A stretch of DNA of 64,000 nt, taken from positions 121,348-185,347 of the forward strand of contig JAGSHN010000027.1 in the NCBI GenBank assembly GCA_029855935.1. The letters are read 5' to 3'. The notes below the pieces were generated by a model, which saw nothing but the letters and a program-made list of their open reading frames with translations, was not told the DNA's origin and ran no database searches. Made by a program: the position numbers and the translations under genes. This DNA comes from Candidatus Thorarchaeota archaeon. GTDB taxonomy: Archaea; Asgardarchaeota; Thorarchaeia; Thorarchaeales; Thorarchaeaceae. Shown piece by piece: positions 9,359 to 19,639 of this stretch (the stretch's first letter is position 1; every line of letters starts with the position of its first letter).

Positions 9359-10696
9359 ATGGAGATACCAATTCTGAGCTCATTCATCGAAGGTCTTAGA
9401 CTGTTTCTCAGCAACAAGCGCCTGAAGTGGTTGACGGGAGTCTTCCTCCTAAGCCTGGTAGTCACATCGCTGTCAGGAGGCGTAGGCCTCTACCTCGTTG
9501 GCAGAGATCCGACCCTTCGGGGCGCTGCAATGTTTCTCGTTGCACTGACGTCCGGTGTGTGGCCGGTCTTCTTCATGCTGGCCTCCTTCATGGCGCTGGT
9601 CAGACTGGAGAGGTTCGTCGCCAGTGATGAGTCCTACAAGAGGTCTGCCATTCTGTTCATTCCGTGGATTGTCATCAGCTTCTTCGCTCTGTTCTTCCTT
9701 GTCACCTTCTTTGCGGCCTTCCTCTTCGTTATGGTGTTCATCATTGCATTCCTCGGATGGATTGTGTTTCAAGCGTATTTCTCCACAAGGACCGCCCTGA
9801 GATACGGTGGCGCAGTACATGTCGAGTCCACGTCGAGGCTCACGAAGGCACTGTCTGTCTTCAGCAATGCATTCAACTACATTGTCATCATCGGCGCGCT
9901 CGCCTATGTTCTGCTCACCAATATTGCCGAGCTGCTGGGCTTTCTCCCACGGCTCGGGCTCCTGCTGCTAGGGACTGGTTTCGCGCTACTGTTCAACATG
10001 CTCAACTCAATGATCATGGTCAGGGAACGCAACAGTCCAAAGTTGGCGAATGTCGCTCTGATCGGGATGTTCATCTCACTGTACTCAGCCTACTTCATCT
10101 ACAATGCCGGTAAACCTGTCGACACGTCACCGGACATTGTCAGCATAGCCATCTCGATATTCTTCGTCTTCTACACAATGAGCTCCGTGGGGAGGATGCT
10201 CAAGCCACAGGTTGCGTCTGAGTCGTTCTTCAGGATCTCGGCAGACTTCGCCGCGATGCTGACATTCTTCCTCGCCTCCGGATACTACTTTGCTGACGTG
10301 TGGTTTCCGATCTCCCTACCCGACCCGACATTTGGGGCCACCCTCTCAGACCTCATCAAACTGATCATCTTCCCGTTCATCGCTCTGATAATGGAGCTAC
10401 TCTATCTCAGGCAGGCCAAACGCGTACCACCTGAGGTCGTAGCGGTGCCCGAGGCTGGAGCCGAGGAAGAGATGCCACCCGCCGAGGAGGAAGAGCCGAC
10501 CCCCGAGGCCGAGATGCCGCTTGAGTCTCCAGAGGAGACTGGCGAGGACGAAACGGGTTCGAGTGCTGTTGGGCCCGCGCCCTCCCCGGAGGAAGAGCCT
10601 GAGCAGAGTTTCGGCGTAGAAGAGGGCGAGGGGGAAGAGGAGATAGACAGCGGAGAGGTCATCAGCTCCGACTATGACGGCGAAGAGAGTGGGTAG
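9359..10696 (+). CDS. Polytopic membrane protein with long acidic C-terminal tail
   Basis: About 10 hydrophobic segments, then ~90 aa Glu/Pro/Ser-rich tail. Confidence 0.8.
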   Translation: MEIPILSSFIEGLRLFLSNKRLKWLTGVFLLSLVVTSLSGGVGLYLVGRDPTLRGAAMFLVALTSGVWPVFFMLASFMALVRLERFVASDESYKRSAILFIPWIVISFFALFFLVTFFAAFLFVMVFIIAFLGWIVFQAYFSTRTALRYGGAVHVESTSRLTKALSVFSNAFNYIVIIGALAYVLLTNIAELLGFLPRLGLLLLGTGFALLFNMLNSMIMVRERNSPKLANVALIGMFISLYSAYFIYNAGKPVDTSPDIVSIAISIFFVFYTMSSVGRMLKPQVASESFFRISADFAAMLTFFLASGYYFADVWFPISLPDPTFGATLSDLIKLIIFPFIALIMELLYLRQAKRVPPEVVAVPEAGAEEEMPPAEEEEPTPEAEMPLESPEETGEDETGSSAVGPAPSPEEEPEQSFGVEEGEGEEEIDSGEVISSDYDGEESG

Positions 10697-10921
10697 GCAA
10701 ATCCCTCAAGTACACGTGAGGCTCGGTTCGATACTCAGTCCATCATAGTGGCCTGCCTGTTCCGTGAGAGCTATCTTGTCGCCGGTGGATGAGACCGCCT
10801 CCCTTCGACATTTCACACCAGACCGCGGACCCGGCCTATGCGAATGCTTTTATCCCACGCAGCGGGAGTTTCAGCCACAACGCCTCTCAGGCGTGTCGTA
10901 CTGAAGGAGTGAATCGATAGA

Positions 10922-11083
10922 ATGGCAAAGTACGAGTGTCAGGTCTGTGGCTGGGTATATGACGAGGAGCTCGGAGACCCAGACAGTGGGATTGCGCCTG
11001 GAACAAAGTTCGAGGACCTACCCGATGACTGGGTCTGTCCGATGTGTGGCGCTGGAAAGGAGGACTTCGAGAGAATCGATTGA
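10922..11083 (+). CDS. rub: Rubredoxin (53 aa)
   Basis: Read manually: [53 protein letters not shown]. Two CxxC motifs; GGAGTGA SD-like site upstream. Confidence 0.97.
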   Translation: MAKYECQVCGWVYDEELGDPDSGIAPGTKFEDLPDDWVCPMCGAGKEDFERID

Positions 11084-11228
11084 AGGGTCGCCCTGTTCGC
11101 GGTCGGCCGTACCGTGCGAGCATAGGGTGACTCACCTCTGTGTGTTAGGAGAACCGTTTTTTCATCGGCAACATTCCAGCGGTCTACTTTGGATAGAAGC
11201 CAGACCAGTAGGATGAAGGGGTGTCGGA

Positions 11229-11780
11229 TTGACGATCGTAGAACGACTCAATGGACTGTACTCGAGGGGAAGACTTCTCTCTGTCTGCCTACTCTTTCTG
11301 CTTCTCTCTGTTGTGATGATGTTGATCGTGGCCCCAGCTGTACAATCGGCAACGGGCCTGCCGCCACTGGACGTTCGCTTCGGCTATACGGCGGATGACG
11401 TGGCACAGTTCTTTCAGGCACTGGGTCCCGAAGGAATCTCTACCTACCACGCTATGTGGGGACTCGACATCGTATATCCTGCGGCGTACGGAATGGGCGC
11501 TATGATGGCGATGGCTGTACTGGGGAGAAGGCTATTCTCGCCCGACTCGCAACTTCAATGGATCATGGTGGTCCCACTCGCGGCTATGCTGATGGACTAC
11601 GTGGAGAACGTGTGTCTTCTCATATTGTCCCTCTCCCCCACCAGTGTGAATCCACTGCTTGCAGCTGTGGCAAGTGGTGCCACCATCACTAAGTGGGTTC
11701 TGATCATCATCACAGTGCTGGCTCTGCTGGTCGAGCTAGTTGCCCACCTGATTATGTCGAGGAGGGGCGAGCCGAGATAG
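11229..11780 (+). CDS. Hypothetical membrane protein (4 TM)
   Basis: Hydrophobic helices with LDVRFGY, DIVYP, DYVEN. Confidence 0.75.
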   Translation: MTIVERLNGLYSRGRLLSVCLLFLLLSVVMMLIVAPAVQSATGLPPLDVRFGYTADDVAQFFQALGPEGISTYHAMWGLDIVYPAAYGMGAMMAMAVLGRRLFSPDSQLQWIMVVPLAAMLMDYVENVCLLILSLSPTSVNPLLAAVASGATITKWVLIIITVLALLVELVAHLIMSRRGEPR

Positions 11781-11852
11781 TGTGTGCCTCGGTGTGCTGG
11801 AGGACACATCGAAACCATTTTGTGAGCTGCCGAGAAGGCCGTTGGCAGAGGA

Positions 11853-13598
11853 TTGAACGCAATGGATGAGAAGCTTCTCAGGCTCCGCCATTCATTGGCA
11901 CACGTTATGGCTCAGGCCGTTCTCGAGCTGTTCCCAGATGCAAAGCTGGGAATAGGTCCTGCGATTGAAGACGGCTTCTACTACGACTTTCTCCTTCCGC
12001 GGCCTCTCACGCCCGAGGACCTGAAGGAGATAGAGACCATTATGCGACGCAGCATAAAGGAGAAGCACGACTTCATCAGGGAGGAGATAACACGAGAGCA
12101 GGCCCTTGAGATGTTCAAAGATCAGCCGTTCAAGATTGAACTCATCAACGACCTCCCGCCTGACGAGACAATCAGCATCTACCGGCACGACGGCTTCGTC
12201 GACCTGTGTCGCGGACCACATGTGTCAAACACTGGAGATATCCCGCCGAAGGCCTTCAAGCTACTTGAGGTGTCGGGTGCGTACTGGCGGGGCAATGAGA
12301 AGAATCCACAGCTCCAGAGAATCTATGGGACGGCCTTCTTCACGAAGGATGAGTTGAGGGCCTATCTCGACAGGCTGGAGGAGATACGCCAGAGAGACCA
12401 CCGGAGGCTTGGCAAGGAGCTTGAGCTGTTCCATATGTCGGAGGCCATCGGGTCGGGTCTGGTACTATGGTTGCCAAAGGGCGCAGCCGTGAGAGCTGCT
12501 CTGGAGGACTACTGGAGACAGGCACACTTCAAGGCGGGCTACGAGTTGGTGTACTCGCCTCACATCGCACGGCTTGACCTGTGGAAGACGAGCGGACACC
12601 TCGACTTCTACCGCGAGAATATGTACTCGCCCATCAAGATTGATGAGCAGGAATACCAGATCAAGCCGATGAACTGCCCGTTCCACGTGCAGATGTACAA
12701 GATGCGAAAACGCAGCTACAGGGAGTTTCCCATTCGCTGGGCGGAGCTCGGTACCGTATATCGCTACGAGCGTTCCGGTGTCCTCCACGGTCTGCTGAGA
12801 GTGAGAGGATTCACCCAGGACGACGCACACATCTTCTGCAGGCCAGACCAGCTCAACGATGAGATCACCAACATCCTGAACCTCAATCTCGATATACTGA
12901 GAACCTGCGGCTTTGAGGACTATGACATCTACCTGAGTACGAAGCCAGAGAAATACGTCGGGTCGGACGAGTCCTGGGAGAAGGCCACAGACGCCCTCAG
13001 GAGGGCTCTTGAGACCATGGGACTCGAGTATCAGGTCGACCCCGGCGAGGGAGTCTTCTATGGTCCCAAGGTTGACATCAAGATACGCGATGCCCTAGGC
13101 CGTTCCTGGCAGTGTACGACCGTGCAGGTTGACTTCAATCTCCCCGAGAGGTTCGACCTGACCTATATCGCCGAGGATGGCGCAGAGCACCGTCCGATAA
13201 TGATTCACCGTGCGCTGATGGGCTCGATGGAGAGATTCTTTGGCGTGCTGATCGAGCACTACAAGGGGGCATTTCCTGTCTGGATGGCGCCAGTGCAGGC
13301 GAGGCTCATTCCGATCACCGACGCCCAGCTCGACTACTGCTACGAAGTTGCGAGAGAGCTGCGCGATCTTGGTGTCCGTGTCGAGGTGGACGACGGACCA
13401 GAGAGAATGCAGAAGAAGATTCGAAATGCGCAGCTGGAGAAGGTGCCGTATCAGCTCGTCGTCGGAAAGCGAGAGGCGGAGAAGAGACAGGTCGCCGTTC
13501 GGCTCAGGACGAACGAGAATCTCGGGCCGATGTCCCTCGACGACTTCAAGGAGATGGTCCTGCGCGTGATCAACACACGTTCTCTCAACCTGACATGA
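11853..13598 (+). CDS. thrS: Threonine--tRNA ligase (bacterial/eukaryotic type, no TGS domain)
   Basis: HSLAH and DLCRGPH editing motifs, KPMNCP, YRYE, RVRGFTQDDAH, HRA, anticodon-binding domain. Start 11853 (TTG) or 11862 (ATG). Confidence 0.97.
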   Translation: MNAMDEKLLRLRHSLAHVMAQAVLELFPDAKLGIGPAIEDGFYYDFLLPRPLTPEDLKEIETIMRRSIKEKHDFIREEITREQALEMFKDQPFKIELINDLPPDETISIYRHDGFVDLCRGPHVSNTGDIPPKAFKLLEVSGAYWRGNEKNPQLQRIYGTAFFTKDELRAYLDRLEEIRQRDHRRLGKELELFHMSEAIGSGLVLWLPKGAAVRAALEDYWRQAHFKAGYELVYSPHIARLDLWKTSGHLDFYRENMYSPIKIDEQEYQIKPMNCPFHVQMYKMRKRSYREFPIRWAELGTVYRYERSGVLHGLLRVRGFTQDDAHIFCRPDQLNDEITNILNLNLDILRTCGFEDYDIYLSTKPEKYVGSDESWEKATDALRRALETMGLEYQVDPGEGVFYGPKVDIKIRDALGRSWQCTTVQVDFNLPERFDLTYIAEDGAEHRPIMIHRALMGSMERFFGVLIEHYKGAFPVWMAPVQARLIPITDAQLDYCYEVARELRDLGVRVEVDDGPERMQKKIRNAQLEKVPYQLVVGKREAEKRQVAVRLRTNENLGPMSLDDFKEMVLRVINTRSLNLT

Positions 13599-13663
13599 GT
13601 CATTGCGAACACACTGAAAGGTTATATGCCCAGCAGGTGTGCGAACTCTGAGGAAATGGGTCG

Positions 13664-15184
13664 ATGAGAGAGGCAGAGGCACCAATATCGAGAGTCACTG
13701 TCCTTACGGATGGCGCCCGCATCACACGTACAGCGAGAGTCTTGTTGCCGAAGGGAACACATCATCTCGTGGTCAAGGGTATCACAGGGCTTGCCCTTGA
13801 GGACAGCTTTCGTGTGACTGGAAGAGGTCCTGCCGTCCTGTCGTCAATCGATGTCAAGAGCGAGTCGAGAGTGTACTCTCCCGAGGAGGAGAGGAGAAAG
13901 GCCCTTCTGGAACAGCTCAGGTCATTGCAGAAGAAGAGGCAAGAGGTCGCAGACGAGATAGACGTGGACAATGCAAGCGTCGTTCAACTCGATATGATGG
14001 CGTCTGAGTTCGCAGCGATAGCAGCACCTCTGCTCGCCAGCGGTGAGTCAGCGGCTGAGGACGCGCTGGGGTTCTACAGGGAGATCACCGAGGCCAAGAC
14101 CGAACTGCAGCGCAGAATTCGGACTAATGAGCAGGAGCTAGGAAGACTCGATGAGCAGATCGAGGCGGTCAAGGACAATCTCACTGAGATTGGCGCAGAT
14201 GCGAGAACGGAGCCGGTGTACAATGTCGAGATTCATATCGAGATGAAAAGTGAGGGAAGTCTTGAGCTCGACGTGACGTACCACGTCTCCGACGCGTTCT
14301 GGACGCCAGCCTATGATGTCCACCTCTCAGACAGAACTGCCCGTATCACCCGCCTTGCGATGGTGACAAATCATACCAGAGAGGATTGGTCGAAGGTTCC
14401 ACTTGTTGTGTCCACTGCATCATCAAGACCTGTGGAGATTAGAGAACCGACACCGTGGTTCGTCGATGAGGCGGCACAAGTCGAGCTAGATGTTCTTGCG
14501 CGCTCCATTGAGGCTGGCGCTCCGCCGGGCGTGGCAGGAGCACCACGGGTCAAGGAGTCCCGCGAGATTGGTGGAACAGTGACATACGAGGTGGAGAAAC
14601 CCGTGACAATCCCGACTGGTCGGAGCCGGCATCCAGTTCGGCTCGCTGAGGAGGTCCTCGATAGCAAGACTATGTACTACTGGTACGCCGACAAGATGGC
14701 CGATGTTGTTGCCCACGACGAGGTGACCAATGGCCAGAGTGTGTTGCTCCGGGGCGAGGCAAAGGTCTTCCAAGACGGAGAATACGTGGGCCAGTCCGTC
14801 ATCCCGCTAGTGGCGCCGGGCGAAACGTTCAAGGTGGGCACAAGGCGGACCTACGACGTACGTGCGGAGAAGAAGCTGAAGAAGCGGGTTGTTGAGAAGG
14901 CAGGCATCACACGAGGGAAGAAGAGGCGGTCCTACGAGTACGAGCTGAGAGTCGAGAACCACTCAGAGAACGAGATTGAGATCGAGATCCTAGACAGAAT
15001 ACCCCACAGCGAGGACCCGGAGATAGAGGTCCATATCGATGTCGATCGACTCGGAGTCGAGGAGTTCAGACTTGGGATACTGAAGTGGAGACGAACGATA
15101 TTGCCGGGAGAGAGCATCACAATCACGTATTCCTTTGAGGTCGTCTGGAACAAGGACATCACCGTCGTGCCCCCTCTCCCCTGA
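13664..15184 (+). CDS. DUF4140/DUF4139 (MuiA-like) protein
   Basis: VTVLTDGARITR, coiled coil, WTPAYDV, NHTREDW, DRIPHS. TATA-like GTTATATG at ~13621. Confidence 0.88.
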   Translation: MREAEAPISRVTVLTDGARITRTARVLLPKGTHHLVVKGITGLALEDSFRVTGRGPAVLSSIDVKSESRVYSPEEERRKALLEQLRSLQKKRQEVADEIDVDNASVVQLDMMASEFAAIAAPLLASGESAAEDALGFYREITEAKTELQRRIRTNEQELGRLDEQIEAVKDNLTEIGADARTEPVYNVEIHIEMKSEGSLELDVTYHVSDAFWTPAYDVHLSDRTARITRLAMVTNHTREDWSKVPLVVSTASSRPVEIREPTPWFVDEAAQVELDVLARSIEAGAPPGVAGAPRVKESREIGGTVTYEVEKPVTIPTGRSRHPVRLAEEVLDSKTMYYWYADKMADVVAHDEVTNGQSVLLRGEAKVFQDGEYVGQSVIPLVAPGETFKVGTRRTYDVRAEKKLKKRVVEKAGITRGKKRRSYEYELRVENHSENEIEIEILDRIPHSEDPEIEVHIDVDRLGVEEFRLGILKWRRTILPGESITITYSFEVVWNKDITVVPPLP

Positions 15185-15226
15185 CTATATGTGATGAGAT
15201 GAGAGACACAGGAGGAAGACTGAGGG

Positions 15227-16798
15227 ATGATTGAACTCAGGACAAAGACGACCGAGGTCACGGTCTTCATCAATGGCGCTCGCGTGACGCGTGCCGGTCA
15301 GATAGAGCTCGGCGAGGGAAGACATGACGTCAAAGTCACTGGTCTCAGTCCTTGGACTGACGAGAGCAGCATCAGAGTCCGTGGGCTTGCCGACGCGATG
15401 CTGATAGGTATCGCCACTGGAACTGAAACAGCACCAATCGAGGACAGGGAACGGATTGCAGAGCTTGAAGAGAGGCTCAGGGAGCTAGAACTGGAGAAGG
15501 CGAACATCGAGGATATCATCAGTGCCGACCGTGCCGAGCAGGAATACCTCACCAACTTGGCTAGGGGTGCTGCGCTCGACGTCGCACGCACAGCCGCACT
15601 GTCGAAAGACGTCAAGGCGAAGGATGTCCTGAACTTGTCAAGAGGAATACGCGAGAGGATCATGCGCATCAAGGAGGCCGGAAGAGAGAACGCCTTTAGG
15701 CTTGAAGACATTAAGAGGCAGATCGAGGCCCTGCGTCAGACCATTGATGAGATGAAGGCCGGGCACGAGAGGGTGAAGCGGACAGTAGTCATACTCACTG
15801 TCCAAGTGCCAAAGAAGACAACGCTAGACATTGGACTCTCGTATCAGGTCGACGATGCCGGGTGGTCACCGAGGTACGATGTCGACCTCGGACGAGAGAA
15901 GTCGACCATACGAAGGATTGCGATGGTCAGGAATCGGACCGAAGAGGACTGGACTGATGTCCAGATGGTGGTCTCGACCGCATCCGCGCAGCCTGCTGAG
16001 GCAATAGAGCCCACGCCATTCTATATCAGAAGGTTCGTTCCGAGGCCTCGCCCCATGCCGAGAGCTCGTGTCAAGAAGAAACGCGAGAGGCCCGAACCTG
16101 CCATGGCATATGCTGCTGCAGCCCCACCTGCGCCTCCAGAGATGCCCAACATTGAGGAGGAGTTCGCGGAGGTGGAGACAGGAACGGGGGGCGTGATGAG
16201 TTACAAGATACCCGGCGCCATCACCATTCTGTCGGGGGAGTCGCCCCAGCCTGTGACTCTGATCGAGGAGGAGTTGGAGTCGGAGAGGCTGTACTTCTGG
16301 AACGCAGCAGAAGAGGACGTGGCTGTGGTCGCAGAGAGACTGACGAACGGCGATGCGACGTTGCTGGAGGGCCCCGCCAAGATCTACGCAGGGGGTGAGT
16401 ACATTGGCGAGAGCAGGATAGGGCTTGTGGCCCCCCGGGAGGAGTTCAGGCTTGGTGCGCGAACCGCCCACGATGTCCGCGTCGAGAAGAAGCTCCTGTC
16501 CAAGAAGGCAGAGAAGGCTGGTGTGCGAGGCAAGAACCGAATAGAGTACGAGTACGAACTGATTGTGAAGAACTTCTCGGGAGAGAGAATCAAGATCGAG
16601 ATAGTAGACACGATACCTCATAGTTCGTCAGAGAAGATCCGCGTTGAACTTGAGGACGTCTCCGTCCCATACAAGTCGATGGAGCTGGGAGTACTTACTT
16701 GGGAGATTGAGATGGAGAAGGGACAGGAGACCAATGTCAGGTATCGCTTCGAGGTTGAGTGGGAACGTGACGTGATGGTCACGCCACCACTGCCGTAG
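15227..16798 (+). CDS. DUF4140/DUF4139 (MuiA-like) protein, tandem paralog
   Basis: VTVFINGARVTR, WSPRYDV, NRTEEDW, DTIPHS; same PPLP C-terminus as the upstream gene. Confidence 0.88.
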   Translation: MIELRTKTTEVTVFINGARVTRAGQIELGEGRHDVKVTGLSPWTDESSIRVRGLADAMLIGIATGTETAPIEDRERIAELEERLRELELEKANIEDIISADRAEQEYLTNLARGAALDVARTAALSKDVKAKDVLNLSRGIRERIMRIKEAGRENAFRLEDIKRQIEALRQTIDEMKAGHERVKRTVVILTVQVPKKTTLDIGLSYQVDDAGWSPRYDVDLGREKSTIRRIAMVRNRTEEDWTDVQMVVSTASAQPAEAIEPTPFYIRRFVPRPRPMPRARVKKKRERPEPAMAYAAAAPPAPPEMPNIEEEFAEVETGTGGVMSYKIPGAITILSGESPQPVTLIEEELESERLYFWNAAEEDVAVVAERLTNGDATLLEGPAKIYAGGEYIGESRIGLVAPREEFRLGARTAHDVRVEKKLLSKKAEKAGVRGKNRIEYEYELIVKNFSGERIKIEIVDTIPHSSSEKIRVELEDVSVPYKSMELGVLTWEIEMEKGQETNVRYRFEVEWERDVMVTPPLP

Positions 16799-16890
16799 AG
16801 GAAGATAGGCACGAGAGAGACTCGTCAGTCCTACTACGAAACGGGCAGGCCGAGAGGCCAGATAGGCCTCAGGCCACACGAAGTGTCACA

Positions 16891-18237
16891 TCACATCTTC
16901 GCAAGCTCGTCCATCACAAAGACGGCGCGCTTGGCCGACCTGACAAAGTTGTCGATCTTGATGCTCTCGTTAGGGGAGTGAGCCCTCGAGTCATAGTCGC
17001 CACATCCGACGGACACGAAGGGCACAAGGCCTCTGAACAGGTAGAGCGGGCCTGAGCCTGCACTGGTCGGATGGATGACAGGACGGTGACCAAATGCTCT
17101 CTCCGTCGCCCGCGAGACGGCCTCCACGAACGGGTGGTCGACAGGGGTCTTTGCTGCAGGGTAGCCTTCCGACCAGGCGATCTTGACGTTCTGGAAACCG
17201 TGCTGGTCGAGATGTTTCCTGAGCAGTCTCAGGATGGTCTCAGGGTCCTGCGACTCAACGAGCCTGAAGTCCACCTTCGCGCTTGCCTCTGCGGGAAGCA
17301 CGGTCATCGATCCGGGTCCCTGATATCCCGTGGTAATTCCACGGATGTTGCAGGACGGGGATCCATAGTATCTCTCCTTGAGAGCATCGCCGCTCAGACC
17401 GAGAACGAACTGGTCGATGCCGTAGTGATGCTTCATCTCCTCCTCGTGAACATCGATTACAGCAATGGCCTCCCTCTCTGGCTCGGTGAGGGGTCTGACA
17501 TCGTCATAGAACCCCTCAATCAGGATATTCTCTTCCGGATCCTTCAACGAGTCGAGTGCGCGAACGAGGGTGTAGGCCGCGGAGGGCAGTATGCACGACA
17601 TCGATGAGTGGGCGTCGTGGGAGAGGCCTCGGACCTCCAGCTGAACGTACACTATTCCCTTCAGGCCCAGCCAGGCCTCTTGCCGCCCGTCCAGTCCCTC
17701 GCCACCAAACTCCCAGATCCCACCATCAGCACTCACAAAGTCCCGGTTGGCACGTACGAACTCCTCAAGATGGGGACTGCTAATCTCCTCCTCCCCCTCA
17801 ACAACGAAGCGGACGTTGACTGGTGGGTCAAGTCCCGACTCTGTGAGAGCACGGACTGCCCAGATTCGGGAGACAAGGTCGCCCTTGTTGTCAGCCACGC
17901 CACGGCCGTAGATCCGCCCATCCCGAATCTCCGGTTCAAAGGGCGGGCTATCCCACATGTCCAAGTCACCGGCGGGCTGGACATCATAGTGGTTGTAGAA
18001 CAGTAGTGTGCGCTTGGCATCGACATCGAGTTCTGCAGTGACCACCGACGCCCCCGAAGTGGGATGGATTGTGGCTTTCATTCCGGCCGCCTCAAGCATC
18101 TTGGCAACGGCCTCAGCAGCCCGTTCCATACTATCTCCGCCCTCGGCCGCGACCGAGGGGATGCGAACCAGATGAATGAGATCGCGAAGAGCGTCCTCAG
18201 TATGATTGTCGATGAAGCTCAATATCTCCTCGTCCAT
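16891..18237 (-). CDS. M20/M25/M40 metallo-dipeptidase
   Basis: YNHYDVQP, GRGVADNKG, EGEEE, HSPNE. Start chosen at MDEEIL. Confidence 0.93.
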   Translation of the reverse strand: MDEEILSFIDNHTEDALRDLIHLVRIPSVAAEGGDSMERAAEAVAKMLEAAGMKATIHPTSGASVVTAELDVDAKRTLLFYNHYDVQPAGDLDMWDSPPFEPEIRDGRIYGRGVADNKGDLVSRIWAVRALTESGLDPPVNVRFVVEGEEEISSPHLEEFVRANRDFVSADGGIWEFGGEGLDGRQEAWLGLKGIVYVQLEVRGLSHDAHSSMSCILPSAAYTLVRALDSLKDPEENILIEGFYDDVRPLTEPEREAIAVIDVHEEEMKHHYGIDQFVLGLSGDALKERYYGSPSCNIRGITTGYQGPGSMTVLPAEASAKVDFRLVESQDPETILRLLRKHLDQHGFQNVKIAWSEGYPAAKTPVDHPFVEAVSRATERAFGHRPVIHPTSAGSGPLYLFRGLVPFVSVGCGDYDSRAHSPNESIKIDNFVRSAKRAVFVMDELAKM

Positions 18238-18413
18238 TTCTCTCTCCGTCTCTCTACTGGGGACAGACTGTGTGATATTCTCTGCGGTGTCCACAGTGGA
18301 ACAACACGCTCTGCTCTCCGGAGGCCGGACCGTCACTGTGTAGGAGAGCCAAGACCATAGAGGGAACGCTAGGAGAGGCCTGGGTCTCGGGTCCGAGCGG
18401 AGTCACGTGGATA

Positions 18414-18731
18414 CTACGTCACGGCCTCGACCTTGTCTTCCATCTTCCGTGGCTTGTCACGCCGATCGTCAATCCTCAGTAGAGTGGACACTCTCTTCGC
18501 GCCCGCCCTGAACATTGCTTCGTGTGCAGCCCTTGTGACCTCCAAGACCTGTTCCACTGTGTCTGCCTCGATGATTGAGCTCATAGGTGTATGCAGGACC
18601 CGTATTCCCGGAAACGAGTCTATGGCCCTCACCGACTCGCGAACGTACTTGCTCAGGCTGGTACCGACCCCGAAAGGGGCCACTACAAGCTCAGCGATGA
18701 CCTTTGTACTCGTCTCATCACTTTCCGACAT
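18414..18731 (-). CDS. MTH1187/YkoF-family thiamine-binding-like protein
   Basis: SLSKYV, TPMSSIIE, RVSTLLRIDDRRDK. Confidence 0.9.
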   Translation of the reverse strand: MSESDETSTKVIAELVVAPFGVGTSLSKYVRESVRAIDSFPGIRVLHTPMSSIIEADTVEQVLEVTRAAHEAMFRAGAKRVSTLLRIDDRRDKPRKMEDKVEAVT

Positions 18732-18871
18732 CGCACAGACTGGCCTCCTTCTGTCACTAAGGGCCACCCCGCGCGGCCGACGCCCGCTGGCCGAGCCCTG
18801 ACCGCCGAGTCGGTGGCCAGTGTGACCGTCGTCCTCCTATTGCAGTCTCTGAGTGAAACCTCAAGGGCGCC

Positions 18872-18881
18872 ATATTAATAT
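18872..18881. promoter_or_regulatory. Palindromic TATA-like element ATATTAATAT between divergent genes
   Basis: Self-complementary AT box about 25 nt upstream of the 18905 start. Confidence 0.55.
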
Positions 18882-18904
18882 CGCTGAGAGTGTTCTGATG
18901 ATGC

Positions 18905-19558
18905 ATGGGAAGACGGAAGGCTGGGATTATCATTGTCCTGCTCCTTATCGCAGCTGGCGCACTGTGGTACCTGAGGTACCGTCCGGGAGACGGCGCCCCA
19001 CAGTCATTTGACACGGGAGGACGCTACGACGATTCCGTGCTGGATGATATGGGAGTGATCTACACCAATAGGTCCGACATCTACGCCTTCAATGAGGGAT
19101 ACAGCGAGAGCGACAATTGTCCCTGGGGATTCGTGCACAACGGGATAGACTACTTCTTCAGGAACAGTTCCACAGTGATAGCCGCTGCGCCAGGCCGAGT
19201 GGAGAGAATCGAGCCGACAGACTACGGGGAGGGCGCGTTCAACAGATATCGGATAGAGGTCGCCATCAGGTTCAACGCGACAGTAGAGGTGATCTACAAC
19301 TTCGAGCCCTTCACCCAAGACTCTAAGATGAGAGATCTTCAACTGTCTATGCTCAAGGTCGAGGTCGGTGACTGGGTGGCCAAAGGCGATGCCATTGCGA
19401 CGTTTCTGTACTGCGCCGAGGGCGCGCACATCCACTTCGGTGTGGTCCAAGACAACGAGTGGCGATGTCCTGCCCTGTATCTGTCGCAAGATGCGTACGG
19501 GGAGCTCCTCACTCTCGTTCACACATTTCACCCGGACTGGGACCTATGCTACCCCTGA
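18905..19558 (+). CDS. Membrane-anchored M23-family metallopeptidase
   Basis: N-terminal TM, HNGID (HxxxD), AAAPG, VEVGDWV, HIHF (HxH). Confidence 0.85.
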   Translation: MGRRKAGIIIVLLLIAAGALWYLRYRPGDGAPQSFDTGGRYDDSVLDDMGVIYTNRSDIYAFNEGYSESDNCPWGFVHNGIDYFFRNSSTVIAAAPGRVERIEPTDYGEGAFNRYRIEVAIRFNATVEVIYNFEPFTQDSKMRDLQLSMLKVEVGDWVAKGDAIATFLYCAEGAHIHFGVVQDNEWRCPALYLSQDAYGELLTLVHTFHPDWDLCYP

Positions 19559-19639
19559 GACCAACACTCGAAACTACGGTCCCGCCTTCGGATCTCCTAG
19601 GATAGGATTGCACCAGACGTGTAGTTGACACAGGCCGAT

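Noticed and set aside
18732-18870. TPP riboswitch upstream of the thiamine-binding-like gene
   Set aside because: The leader is GC-rich but lacks the CUGAGA and ACCUGAU core motifs.
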